Part shown: in pieces, positions 12,231 to 27,600 of the stretch
How the letters are laid out: the number at the start of each line of letters is the position of its first letter
How positions within the stretch are numbered: the stretch's first letter is position 1
Origin: Auanema rhodensis
Taxonomy: Eukaryota > Animalia > Nematoda
Direction of reading: 5' to 3'
Assembly: GCA_964057225.1 (NCBI GenBank)
Contig: OZ059900.1
Coordinates: 15,190,001-15,254,000, forward strand
DNA length: 64,000 nt
Program-made: the position numbers and the translations under genes
Notes under the pieces: model-generated
Told to the model about the DNA's origin: nothing
Database searches by the model: none
The model's input: the letters and a program-made list of their open reading frames with translations, nothing else

Positions 12231-15200
12231 GTCTAGTTCCACTTTCACGACAAAAAAACAGGGGTTAGAAAATTAATGAAATTAGCATATTCTGAGGGCA
12301 CGCCCCTTATGGCTAATATTGATTAAATCGATTTTTGTTCATATGAGTCGTCAAATGCAACGAATTTCATCGTGTTACATACTAAAATGAAGCATTTTAC
12401 ATGCTGAACACTAGAAAAATACAAAAACACAGTATTTCTCATGAGAAATATTTTATTATGCTGGAAAACCAGTTTTTGGAAATTTCGCTGTAAACAAGGT
12501 TTTGACTTACGATTTCATGTGTTCAAACTCATGCAATGTCAATGAAACCTAGCTCAAAATTGTTCCTACAACGTCTAGTTCCACTTTCACGACAAAAAAA
12601 CAGGGGTTAGAAAATTAAGGAAATTAGCATATTCTGAGGGCACGCCCCTTATGGCTAATATTGATTAAATCGATTTTTGTTCATATGAGTAGTCAAATGC
12701 AACGAATTTCAGCGTGTTACATACTAAAATGAAGCATTTTACATGCTGAACACTAGAAAAATACAAAAACACAGTATTTCCCATGAGAAATATTTTATTA
12801 TGCTGGAAAACCAGTTTTTGGAAATTTCGCTGTAAACAAGGTTTTGACTTACGATTTCATGTGTTCAAACTCATGCAATGTCAATGAAACCTAGATCAAA
12901 ATTGTTCCTACAACGTCTAATTCCACTTTCACGACAAAAAAACCGGGGTTAGAAAATTAAGGAAATTAGCATATTCTGAGGGCACGCCCCTTATGGCTAA
13001 TATTGATTAAATCGATTTTTGTTCATATGAGTCGTCAAATGCAACGAATTTCAGCGTGTTACATACTAAAATGAAGCATTTTACATGCTGAACACTAGAA
13101 AAATACAAAAACACAGTATTTCTCATGAGAAATATTTTATTATGCTGGAAAACCAGTTTTTGGAAATTTCGCTGTAAACAAGGTTTTGACTTACGATTTC
13201 ATGTGTTCAAACTCATGCAATGTCAATGAAACCTAGCTCAAAATTGTTCCTACAACGTCTAGTTCCACTTTCACGACAAAAAAACAGGGGTTAGAAAATT
13301 AAGGAAATTAGCATATTCTGAGGGCACGCCCCTTATGGCTAATATTGATTAAATCGATTTTTGTTCATATGAGTCGTCAAATGCAACGAATTTCAGCGTG
13401 TTACATACTAAAATGAAGCATTTTACATGCTGAACACTAGAAAAATACAAAAACACAGTATTTCCCATGAGAAATATTTTATTATGCTGGAAAACCAGTT
13501 TTTGGAAATTTCGCTGTAAACAAGGTTTTGACTTACGATTTCATGTGTTCAAACTCATGCAATGTCAATGAAACCTAGCTCAAAATTGTTCCTACAACGT
13601 CTAGTTCCACTTTCACGACAAAAAAACAGGGGTTAGAAAATTAAGGAAATTAGCATATTCTGAGGGCACGCCCCTTATGGCTAATATTGATTAAATCGAT
13701 TTTTGTTCATATGAGTCGTCAAATGCAACGAATTTCAGCGTGTTACATACTAAAATGAAGCATTTTACATGCTGAACACTAGAAAAATACAAAAACACAG
13801 TATTTCCCATGAGAAATATTTTATTATGCTGGAAAACCAGTTTTTGGAAATTTCGCTGTAAACAAGGTTTTGACTTACGATTTCATGTGTTCAAACTCAT
13901 GCAATGTCAATGAAACCTAGCTCAAAATTGTTCCTACAACGTCTAGTTCCACTTTCACGACAAAAAAACAGGGGTTAGAAAATTAATGAAATTAGCATAT
14001 TCTGAGGGCACGCCCCTTATGGCTAATATTGATTAAATCGATTTTTGTTCATATGAGTCGTCAAATGCAACGAATTTCATCGTGTTACATACTAAAATGA
14101 AGCATTTTACATGCTGAACACTAGAAAAATACAAAAACACAGTATTTCTCATGAGAAATATTTTATTATGCTGGAAAACCAGTTTTTGGAAATTTCGCTG
14201 TAAACAAGGTTTTGACTTACGATTTCATGTGTTCAAACTCATGCAATGTCAATGAAACCTAGCTCAAAATTGTTCCTACAACGTCTAGTTCCACTTTCAC
14301 GACAAAAAAACAGGGGTTAGAAAATTAAGGAAATTAGCATATTCTGAGGGCACGCCCCTTATGGCTAATATTGATTAAATCGATTTTTGTTCATATGAGT
14401 AGTCAAATGCAACGAATTTCAGCGTGTTACATACTAAAATGAAGCATTTTACATGCTGAACACTAGAAAAATACAAAAACACAGTATTTCCCATGAGAAA
14501 TATTTTATTATGCTGGAAAACCAGTTTTTGGAAATTTCGCTGTAAACAAGGTTTTGACTTACGATTTCATGTGTTCAAACTCATGCAATGTCAATGAAAC
14601 CTAGATCAAAATTGTTCCTACAACGTCTAATTCCACTTTCACGACAAAAAAACCGGGGTTAGAAAATTAAGGAAATTAGCATATTCTGAGGGCACGCCCC
14701 TTATGGCTAATATTGATTAAATCGATTTTTGTTCATATGAGTCGTCAAATGCAACGAATTTCAGCGTGTTACATACTAAAATGAAGCATTTTACATGCTG
14801 AACACTATAAAAATACAAAAACACAGTATTTCCCATGAGAAATATTTTATTATGCTGGAAAACCAGTTTTTGGAAATTTCGCTGTAAACAAGGTTTTGAC
14901 TTACGATTTCATGCGTTCAAACTCATGCAATGTCAATGAAACCTAGCTCAAAATTGTTCCTACAACGTCTAATTCCACTTTCACGACAAAAAAACAGGGG
15001 TTAGAAAATTAAGGAAATTAGCATATTCTGAGGGCACGCCCCTTATGGCTAATATTGATTAAATCGATTTTTGTTCATATGAGTCGTCAAATGCAACGAA
15101 TTTCAGCGTGTTACATACTAAAATGAAGCATTTTACATGCTGAACACTAGAAAAATACAAAAACACAGTATTTCCCATGAGAAATATTTTATTATGCTGG

Positions 15201-18200
15201 AAAACCAGTTTTTGGAAATTTCGCTGTAAACAAGGTTTTGACTTACGATTTCATGTGTTCAAACTCATGCAATGTCAATGAAACCTAGCTCAAAATTGTT
15301 CCTACAACGTCTAGTTCCACTTTCACGACAAAAAAACAGGGGTTAGAAAATTAAGGAAATTAGCATATTCTGAGGGCACGCCCCTTATGGCTAATATTGA
15401 TTAAATCGATTTTTGTTCATATGAGTCGTCAAATGCAACGAATTTCAGCGTGTTACATACTAAAATGAAGCATTTTACATGCTGAACACTAGAAAAATAC
15501 AAAAACACAGTATTTCCCATGAGAAATATTTTATTATGCTGGAAAACCAGTTTTTGGAAATTTCGCTGTAAACAAGGTTTTGACTTACGATTTCATGTGT
15601 TCAAACTCATGCAATGTCAATGAAACCTAGCTCAAAATTGTTCCTACAACGTCTAATTCCACTTTCACGACAAAAAAACCGGGGTTAGAGAATTAAGGAA
15701 ATTAGCATATTCTGAGGGCACGCCCCTTATGGCTAATATTGATTAAATCGATTTTTGTTCATATGAGTCGTCAAATGCAACGAATTTCAGCGTGTTACAT
15801 ACTAAAATGAAGCATTTCACATGCTGAACACTAGAAAAATACAAAAACACAGTATTTCCCATGAGAAATATTTTATTATGCTGGAAAACCAGTTTTTGGA
15901 AATTTCGCTGTAAACAAGGTTTTGACTTACGATTTCATGTGTTCAAACTCATGCAATGTCAATGAAACCTAGCTCAAAATTGTTCCTACAACGTCTAGTT
16001 CCACTTTCACGACAAAAAAACCGGGGTTAGAAAATTAAGGAAATTAGCATATTCTGAGGGCACGCCCCTTATGGCTAATATTGATTAAATCGATTTTTGT
16101 TCATATGAGTCGTCAAATGCAACGAATTTCAGCGTGTTACATACTAAAATGAAGCATTTTACATGCTGAACACTAGAAAAATACAAAAACACAGTATTTC
16201 TCATGAGAAATATTTTATTATGCTGGAAAACCAGTTTTTGGAAATTTCGCTGTAAACAAGGTTTTGACTTACGATTTCATGTGTTCAAACTCATGCAATG
16301 TCAATGAAACCTAGCTCAAAATTGTTTGTACAACGTCTAGTTCCACTTTCACGACAAAAAAACAGGGGTTAGAAAATTAAGGAAATTAGCATATTCTGAG
16401 GGCACGCCCCTTATGGCTAATATTGATTAAATCGATTTTTGTTCATATGAGTAGTCAAATGCAACGAATTTCAGCGTGTTACATACTAAAATGAAGCATT
16501 TTACATGCTGAACACTAGAAAAATACAAAAACACAGTATTTCCCATGAGAAATATTTTATTATGCTGGAAAACCAGTTTTTGGAAATTTCGCTGTAAACA
16601 AGGTTTTGACTTACGATTTCATGTGTTCAAACTCATGCAATGTCAATGAAACCTAGCTCAAAATTGTTCCTACAACGTCTAATTCCACTTTCACGACAAA
16701 AAAACCGGGGTTAGAAAATTAAGGAAATTAGCATATTCTGAGGGCACGCCCCTTATGGCTAATATTGATTAATTCGATTTTTGTTCATATGAGTCGTCAA
16801 ATGCAACGAATTTCAGCGTGTTACATACTAAAATGAAGCATTTCACATGCTGAACACTAGAAAAATACAAAAACACAGTATTTCCCATGAGAAATATTTT
16901 ATTATGCTGGAAAACCAGTTTTTGGAAATTTCGCTGTAAACAAGGTTTTGACTTACGATTTCATGTGTTCAAACTCATGCAATGTCAATGAAACCTAGCT
17001 CAAAATTGTTCCTACAACGTCTAGTTCCACTTTCACGACAAAAAAACAGGGGTTAGAAAATTAAGGAAATTAGCATATTCTGAGGGCACGCCCCTTATGG
17101 CTAATATTGATTAAATCGATTTTTGTTCATATGAGTCGTCAAATGCAACGAATTTCAGCGTGTTACATACTAAAATGAAGCATTTTACATGCTGAACACT
17201 AGAAAAATACAAAAACACAGTATTTCCCATGAGAAATATTTTATTATGCTGGAAAACCAGTTTTTGGAAATTTCGCTGTAAACAAGGTTTTGACTTACGA
17301 TTTCATGTGTTCAAACTCATGCAATGTCAATGAAACCTAGCTCAAAATTGTTCCTACAACGTCTAGTTCCACTTTCACGACAAAAAAACAGGGGTTAGAA
17401 AATTAATGAAATTAGCATATTCTGAGGGCACGCCCCTTATGGCTAATATTGATTAAATCGATTTTTGTTCATATGAGTCGTCAAATGCAACGAATTTCAT
17501 CGTGTTACATACTAAAATGAAGCATTTTACATGCTGAACACTAGAAAAATACAAAAACACAGTATTTCTCATGAGAAATATTTTATTATGCTGGAAAACC
17601 AGTTTTTGGAAATTTCGCTGTAAACAAGGTTTTGACTTACGATTTCATGTGTTCAAACTCATGCAATGTCAATGAAACCTAGCTCAAAATTGTTCCTACA
17701 ACGTCTGTTTCCACTTTCACGACAAAAAAACAGGGGTTAGAAAATTAAGGAAATTAGCATATTCTGAGGGCACGCCCCTTATGGCTAATATTGATTAAAT
17801 CGATTTTTGTTCATATGAGTCGTCAAATGCAACGAATTTCAGCGTGTTACATACTAAAATGAAGCATTTCACATGCTGAACACTAGAAAAATACAAAAAC
17901 ACAGTATTTCCCATGAGAAATATTTTATTATGCTGGAAAACCAGTTTTTGGAAATTTCGCTGTAAACAAGGTTTTGACTTACGATTTCATGTGTTCAAAC
18001 TCATGCAATGTCAATGAAACCTAGCTCAAAATTGTTCCTACAACGTCTAGTTCCACTTTCACGACAAAAAAACAGGGGTTAGAAAATTAAGGAAATTAGC
18101 ATATTCTGAGGGCACGCCCCTTATGGCTAATATTGATTAAATCGATTTTTGTTCATATGAGTCGTCAAATGCAACGAATTTCATCGTGTTACATACTAAA

Positions 18201-21200
18201 ATGAAGCATTTTACATGCTGAACACTAGAAAAATACAAAAACACAGTATTTCTCATGAGAAATATTTTATTATGCTGGAAAACCAGTTTTTGGAAATTTC
18301 GCTGTAAACAAGGTTTTGACTTACGATTTCATGTGTTCAAACTCATGCAATGTCAATGAAACCTAGCTCAAAATTGTTTGTACAACGTCTAGTTCCACTT
18401 TCACGACAAAAAAACAGGGGTTAGAAAATTAAGGAAATTAGCATATTCTGAGGGCACGCCCCTTATGGCTAATATTGATTAAATCGATTTTTGTTCATAT
18501 GAGTAGTCAAATGCAACGAATTTCAGCGTGTTACATACTAAAATGAAGCATTTTACATGCTGAACACTAGAAAAATACAAAAACACAGTATTTCTCATGA
18601 GAAATATTTTATTATGCTGGAAAACCAGTTTTTGGAAATTTCGCTGTAAACAAGGTTTTGACTTACGATTTCATGTGTTCAAACTCATGCAATGTCAATG
18701 AAACCTAGCTCAAAATTGTTTGTACAACGTCTAGTTCCACTTTCACGACAAAAAAACAGGGGTTAGAAAATTAAGGAAATTAGCATATTCTGAGGGCACG
18801 CCCCTTATGGCTAATATTGATTAAATCGATTTTTGTTCATATGAGTAGTCAAATGCAACGAATTTCAGCGTGTTACATACTAAAATGAAGCATTTTACAT
18901 GCTGAACACTAGAAAAATACAAAAACACAGTATTTCCCATGAGAAATATTTTATTATGCTGGAAAACCAGTTTTTGGAAATTTCGCTGTAAACAAGGTTT
19001 TGACTTACGATTTCATGTGTTCAAACTCATGCAATGTCAATGAAACCTAGCTCAAAATTGTTCCTACAACGTCTAATTCCACTTTCACGACAAAAAAACC
19101 GGGGTTAGAAAATTAAGGAAATTAGGATATTCTGAGGGCACGCCCCTTATGGCTAATATTGATTAAATCGATTTTTGTTCATATGAGTCGTCAAATGCAA
19201 CGAATTTCAGCGTGTTACATACTAAAATGAAGCATTTCACATGCTGAACACTAGAAAAATACAAAAACACAGTATTTCCCATGAGAAATATTTTATTATG
19301 CTGGAAAACCAGTTTTTGGAAATTTCGCTGTAAACAAGGTTTTGACTTACGATTTCATGTGTTCAAACTCATGCAATGTCAATGAAACCTAGCTCAAAAT
19401 TGTTCCTACAACGTCTAGTTCCACTTTCACGACAAAAAAACAGGGGTTAGAAAATTAAGGAAATTAGCATATTCTGAGGGCACGCCCCTTATGGCTAATA
19501 TTGATTAAATCGATTTTTGTTCATATGAGTCGTCAAATGCAACGAATTTCAGCGTGTTACATACTAAAATGAAGCATTTTACATGCTGAACACTAGAAAA
19601 ATACAAAAACACAGTATTTCCCATGAGAAATATTTTATTATGCTGGAAAACCAGTTTTTGGAAATTTCGCTGTAAACAAGGTTTTGACTTACGATTTCAT
19701 GTGTTCAAACTCATGCAATGTCAATGAAACCTAGCTCAAAATTGTTCCTACAACGTCTAGTTCCACTTTCACGACAAAAAAACAGGGGTTAGAAAATTAA
19801 TGAAATTAGCATATTCTGAGGGCACGCCCCTTATGGCTAATATTGATTAAATCGATTTTTGTTCATATGAGTCGTCAAATGCAACGAATTTCATCGTGTT
19901 ACATACTAAAATGAAGCATTTTACATGCTGAACACTAGAAAAATACAAAAACACAGTATTTCTCATGAGAAATATTTTATTATGCTGGAAAACCAGTTTT
20001 TGGAAATTTCGCTGTAAACAAGGTTTTGACTTACGATTTCATGTGTTCAAACTCATGCAATGTCAATGAAACCTAGCTCAAAATTGTTCCTACAACGTCT
20101 AGTTCCACTTTCACGACAAAAAAACAGGGGTTAGAAAATTAAGGAAATTAGCATATTCTGAGGGCACGCCCCTTATGGCTAATATTGATTAAATCGATTT
20201 TTGTTCATATGAGTAGTCAAATGCAACGAATTTCAGCGTGTTACATACTAAAATGAAGCATTTTACATGCTGAACACTAGAAAAATACAAAAACACAGTA
20301 TTTCCCATGAGAAATATTTTATTATGCTGGAAAACCAGTTTTTGGAAATTTCGCTGTAAACAAGGTTTTGACTTACGATTTCATGTGTTCAAACTCATGC
20401 AATGTCAATGAAACCTAGCTCAAAATTGTTCCTACAACGTCTAATTCCACTTTCACGACAAAAAAACCGGGGTTAGAAAATTAAGGAAATTAGCATATTC
20501 TGAGGGCACGCCCCTTATGGCTAATATTGATTAAATCGATTTTTGTTCATATGAGTCGTCAAATGCAACGAATTTCAGCGTGTTACATACTAAAATGAAG
20601 CATTTTACATGCTGAACACTATAAAAATACAAAAACACAGTATTTCCCATGAGAAATATTTTATTATGCTGGAAAACCAGTTTTTGGAAATTTCGCTGTA
20701 AACAAGGTTTTGACTTACGATTTCATGCGTTCAAACTCATGCAATGTCAATGAAACCTAGCTCAAAATTGTTCCTACAACGTCTAATTCCACTTTCACGA
20801 CAAAAAAACAGGGGTTAGAAAATTAAGGAAATTAGCATATTCTGAGGGCACGCCCCTTATGGCTAATATTGATTAAATCGATTTTTGTTCATATGAGTCG
20901 TCAAATGCAACGAATTTCAGCGTGTTACATACTAAAATGAAGCATTTTACATGCTGAACACTAGAAAAATACAAAAACACAGTATTTCCCATGAGAAATA
21001 TTTTATTATGCTGGAAAACCAGTTTTTGGAAATTTCGCTGTAAACAAGGTTTTGACTTACGATTTCATGTGTTCAAACTCATGCAATGTCAATGAAACCT
21101 AGCTCAAAATTGTTCCCACAACGTCTAGTTCCACTTTCACGACAAAAAAACAGGGGTTAGAAAATTAAGGAAATTAGCATATTCTGAGGGCACGCCCCTT

Positions 21201-24200
21201 ATGGCTAATATTGATTAAATCGATTTTTGTTCATATGAGTCGTCAAATGCAACGAATTTCAGCGTGTTACATACTAAAATGAAACATTTTACATGCTGAA
21301 CACTAGAAAAATACAAAAACACAGTATTTCCCATGAGAAATATTTTATTATGCTGGAAAACCAGTTTTTGGAAATTTCGCTGTAAACAAGGTTTTGACTT
21401 ACGATTTCATGTGTTCAAACTCATGCAATGTCAATGAAACCTAGCTCAAAATTGTTCCTACAACGTCTAATTCCACTTTCACGACAAAAAAACCGGGGTT
21501 AGAAAATTAAGGAAATTAGCATATTCTGAGGGCACGCCCCTTATGGCTAATATTGATTAAATCGATTTTTGTTCATATGAGTCGTCAAATGCAACGAATT
21601 TCAGCGTGTTACATACTAAAATGAAGCATTTCACATGCTGAACACTAGAAAAATACAAAAACACAGTATTTCCCATGAGAAATATTTTATTATGCTGGAA
21701 AACCAGTTTTTGGAAATTTCGCTGTAAACAAGGTTTTGACTTACGATTTCATGTGTTCAAACTCATGCAATGTCAATGAAACCTAGCTCAAAATTGTTCC
21801 TACAACGTCTAGTTCCACTTTCACGACAAAAAAACAGGGGTTAGAAAATTAAGGAAATTAGCATATTCTGAGGGCACGCCCCTTATGGCTAATATTGATT
21901 AAATCGATTTTTGTTCATATGAGTCGTCAAATGCAACGAATTTCAGCGTGTTACATACTAAAATGAAGCATTTTACATGCTGAACACTAGAAAAATACAA
22001 AAACACAGTATTTCCCATGAGAAATATTTTATTATGCTGGAAAACCAGTTTTTGGAAATTTCGCTGTAAACAAGGTTTTGACTTACGATTTCATGTGTTC
22101 AAACTCATGCAATGTCAATGAAACCTAGCTCAAAATTGTTCCCACAACGTCTAGTTCCACTTTCACGACAAAAAAACAGGGGTTAGAAAATTAAGGAAAT
22201 TAGCATATTCTGAGGGCACGCCCCTTATGGCTAATATTGATTAAATCGATTTTTGTTCATATGAGTCGTCAAATGCAACGAATTTCAGCGTGTTACATAC
22301 TAAAATGAAGCATTTCACATGCTGAACACTAGAAAAATACAAAAACACAGTATTTCCCATGAGAAATATTTTATTATGCTGGAAAACCAGTTTTTGGAAA
22401 TTTCGCTGTAAACAAGGTTTTGACTTACGATTTCATGTGTTCAAACTCATGCAATGTCAATGAAACCTAGCTCAAAATTGTTCCTACAACGTCTAGTTCC
22501 ACTTTCACGACAAAAAAACAGGGGTTAGAAAATTAAGGAAATTAGCATATTCTGAGGGCACGCCCCTTATGGCTAATATTGATTAAATCGATTTTTGTTC
22601 ATATGAGTAGTCAAATGCAACGAATTTCAGCGTGTTACATACTAAAATGAAGCATTTCACATGCTGAACACTAGAAAAATACAAAAACACAGTATTTCCC
22701 ATGAGAAATATTTTATTATGCTGGAAAACCAGTTTTTGGAAATTTCGCTGTAAACAAGGTTTTGACTTACGATTTCATGTGTTCAAACTCATGCAATGTC
22801 AATGAAACCTAGCTCAAAATTGTTCCTACAACGTCTAGTTCCACTTTCACGACAAAAAAACAGGGGTTAGAAAATTAAGGAAATTAGCATATTCTGAGGG
22901 CACGCCCCTTATGGCTAATATTGATTAAATCGATTTTTGTTCATATGAGTAGTCAAATGCAACGAATTTCAGCGTGTTACATACTAAAATGAAGCATTTT
23001 ACATGCTGAACACTAGAAAAATACAAAAACACAGTATTTCCCATGAGAAATATTTTATTATGCTGGAAAACCAGTTTTTGGAAATTTCGCTGTAAACAAG
23101 GTTTTGACTTACGATTTCATGTGTTCAAAGTCATGCAATGTCAATGAAACCTAGCTCAAAATTGTTTGTACAACGTCTAGTTCCACTTTCACGACAAAAA
23201 AACAGGGGTTAGAAAATTAAGGAAATTAGCATATTCTGAGGGCACGCCCCTTATGGCTAATATTGATTAAATCGATTTTTGTTTATATGAGTAGTCAAAT
23301 GCAACGAATTTCAGCGTGTTACATACTAAAATGAAGCATTTTACATGCTGAACACTAGAAAAATACAAAAACACAGTATTTCCCATGAGAAATATTTTAT
23401 TATGCTGGAAAACCAGTTTTTGGAAATTTCGCTGTAAACAAGGTTTTGACTTACGATTTCATGTGTTCAAAGTCATGCAATGTCAATGAAACCTAGCTCA
23501 AAATTGTTCCTACAACGTCTAGTTCCACTTTCACGACAAAAAAACAGGGGTTAGAAAATTAAGGAAATTAGCATATTCTGAGGGCACGCCCCTTATGGCT
23601 AATATTGATTAAATCGATTTTTGTTCATATGAGTAGTCAAATGCAACGAATTTCAGCGTGTTACATACTAAAATGAAGCATTTCACATGCTGAACACTAG
23701 AAAAATACAAAAACACAGTATTTCCCATGAGAAATATTTTATTATGCTGGAAAACCAGTTTTTGGAAATTTCGCTGTAAACAAGGTTTTGACTTACGATT
23801 TCATGTGTTCAAACTCATGCAATGTCAATGAAACCTAGCTCAAAATTGTTCCTACAACGTCTAGTTCCACTTTCACGACAAAAAAACAGGGGTTAGAAAA
23901 TTAAGGAAATTAGCATATTCTGAGGGCACGCCCCTTATGGCTAATATTGATTAAATCGATTTTTGTTCATATGAGTAGTCAAATGCAACGAATTTCAGCG
24001 TGTTACATACTAAAATGAAGCATTTTACATGCTGAACACTAGAAAAATACAAAAACACAGTATTTCCCATGAGAAATATTTTATTATGCTGGAAAACCAG
24101 TTTTTGGAAATTTCGCTGTAAACAAGGTTTTGACTTACGATTTCATGTGTTCAAACTCATGCAATGTCAATGAAACCTAGCTCAAAATTGTTCCTACAAC

Positions 24201-24652
24201 GTCTAGTTCCACTTTCACGACAAAAAAACCGGGGTTAGAAAATTAAGGAAATTAGCATATTCTGAGGGCACGCCCCTTATGGCTAATATTGATTAAATCG
24301 ATTTTTGTTCATATGAGTCGTCAAATGCAACGAATTTCAGCGTGTTACATACTAAAATGAAGCATTTTACATGCTGAACACTAGAAAAAAACAAAAACAC
24401 AGTATTTCTCATGAGAAATATTTTATTATGCTGGAAAACCAGTTTTTGGAAATTTCGCTGTAAACAAGGTTTTGACTTACGATTTCATGTGTTCAAAGTC
24501 ATGCAATGTCAATGAAACCTAGCTCAAAATTGTTTGTACAACGTCTAGTTCCACTTTCACGACAAAAAAACAGGGGTTAGAAAATTAAGGAAATTAGCAT
24601 ATTCTGAGGGCACGCCCCTTATGGCTAATATTGATTAAATCGATTTTTGTTT

Positions 24653-27600
24653 ATATGAGTAGTCAAATGCAACGAATTTCAGCGTGTTACATACTAAAAT
24701 GAAGCATTTTACATGCTGAACACTAGAAAAATACAAAAACACAGTATTTCCCATGAGAAATATTTTATTATGCTGGAAAACCAGTTTTTGGAAATTTCGC
24801 TGTAAACAAGGTTTTGACTTACGATTTCATGTGTTCAAACTCATGCAATGTCAATGAAACCTAGCTCAAAATTGTTCCTACAACGTCTAATTCCACTTTC
24901 ACGACAAAAAAACCGGGGTTAGAAAATTAAGGAAATTAGCATATTCTGAGGGCACGCCCCTTATGGCTAATATTGATTAAATCGATTTTTGTTCATATGA
25001 GTCGTCAAATGCAACGAATTTCAGCGTGTTACATACTAAAATGAAGCATTTCACATGCTGAACACTAGAAAAATACAAAAACACAGTATTTCCCATGAGA
25101 AATATTTTATTATGCTGGAAAACCAGTTTTTGGAAATTTCGCTGTAAACAAGGTTTTGACTTACGATTTCATGTGTTCAAACTCATGCAATGTCAATGAA
25201 ACCTAGCTCAAAATTGTTCCTACAACGTCTAGTTCCACTTTCACGACAAAAAAACAGGGGTTAGAAAATTAAGGAAATTAGCATATTCTGAGGGCACGCC
25301 CCTTATGGCTAATATTGATTAAATCGATTTTTGTTCATATGAGTAGTCAAATGCAACGAATTTCAGCGTGTTACATACTAAAATGAAGCATTTTACATGC
25401 TGAACACTAGAAAAATACAAAAACACAGTATTTCCCATGAGAAATATTTTATTATGCTGGAAAACCAGTTTTTGGAAATTTCGCTGTAAACAAGGTTTTG
25501 ACTTACGATTTCATGTGTTCAAACTCATGCAATGTCAATGAAACCTAGCTCAAAATTGTTCCTACAACGTCTAATTCCACTTTCACGACAAAAAAACCGG
25601 GGTTAGAAAATTAAGGAAATTAGCATATTCTGAGGGCACGCCCCTTATGGCTAATATTGATTAAATCGATTTTTGTTCATATGAGTCGTCAAATGCAACG
25701 AATTTCAGCGTGTTACATACTAAAATGAAGCATTTTACATGCTGAACACTATAAAAATACAAAAACACAGTATTTCCCATGAGAAATATTTTATTATGCT
25801 GGAAAACCAGTTTTTGGAAATTTCGCTGTAAACAAGGTTTTGACTTACGATTTCATGCGTTCAAACTCATGCAATGTCAATGAAACCTAGCTCAAAATTG
25901 TTCCTACAACGTCTAATTCCACTTTCACGACAAAAAAACAGGGGTTAGAAAATTAAGGAAATTAGCATATTCTGAGGGCACGCCCCTTATGGCTAATATT
26001 GATTAAATCGATTTTTGTTCATATGAGTCGTCAAATGCAACGAATTTCAGCGTGTTACATACTAAAATGAAGCATTTTACATGCTGAACACTAGAAAAAT
26101 ACAAAAACACAGTATTTCCCATGAGAAATATTTTATTATGCTGGAAAACCAGTTTTTGGAAATTTCGCTGTAAACAAGGTTTTGACTTACGATTTCATGT
26201 GTTCAAACTCATGCAATGTCAATGAAACCTAGCTCAAAATTGTTCCTACAACGTCTAGTTCCACTTTCACGACAAAAAAACAGGGGTTAGAAAATTAAGG
26301 AAATTAGCATATTCTGAGGGCACGCCCCTTATGGCTAATATTGATTAAATCGATTTTTGTTCATATGAGTCGTCAAATGCAACGAATTTCAGCGTGTTAC
26401 ATACTAAAATGAAACATTTTACATGCTGAACACTAGAAAAATACAAAAACACAGTATTTCCCATGAGAAATATTTTATTATGCTGGAAAACCAGTTTTTG
26501 GAAATTTCGCTGTAAACAAGGTTTTGACTTACGATTTCATGTGTTCAAACTCATGCAATGTCAATGAAACCTAGCTCAAAATTGTTCCTACAACGTCTAA
26601 TTCCACTTTCACGACAAAAAAACCGGGGTTAGAAAATTAAGGAAATTAGCATATTCTGAGGGCACGCCCCTTATGGCTAATATTGATTAAATCGATTTTT
26701 GTTCATATGAGTCGTCAAATGCAACGAATTTCAGCGTGTTACATACTAAAATGAAGCATTTCACATGCTGAACACTAGAAAAATACAAAAACACAGTATT
26801 TCTCATGAGAAATATTTTATTATGCTGGAAAACCAGTTTTTGGAAATTTCGCTGTAAACAAGGTTTTGACTTACGATTTCATGTGTTCAAACTCATGCAA
26901 TGTCAATGAAACCTAGCTCAAAATTGTTCCTACAACGTCTAGTTCCACTTTCACGACAAAAAAACAGGGGTTAGAAAATTAAGGAAATTAGCATATTCTG
27001 AGGGCACGCCCCTTATGGCTAATATTGATTAAATCGATTTTTGTTCATATGAGTAGTCAAATGCAACGAATTTCAGCGTGTTACATACTAAAATGAAGCA
27101 TTTCACATGCTGAACACTAGAAAAATACAAAAACACAGTATTTCCCATGAGAAATATTTTATTATGCTGGAAAACCAGTTTTTGGAAATTTCGCTGTAAA
27201 CAAGGTTTTGACTTACGATTTCATGTGTTCAAACTCATGCAATGTCAATGAAACCTAGCTCAAAATTGTTCCTACAACGTCTAGTTCCACTTTCACGACA
27301 AAAAACAGGGGTTAGAAAATTAAGGAAATTAGCATATTCTGAGGGCACGCCCCTTATGGCTAATATTGATTAAATCGATTTTTGTTCATATGAGTAGTCA
27401 AATGCAACGAATTTCAGCGTGTTACATACTAAAATGAAGCATTTTACATGCTGAACACTAGAAAAATACAAAAACACAGTATTTCCCATGAGAAATATTT
27501 TATTATGCTGGAAAACCAGTTTTTGGAAATTTCGCTGTAAACAAGGTTTTGACTTACGATTTCATGTGTTCAAACTCATGCAATGTCAATGAAACCTAGC

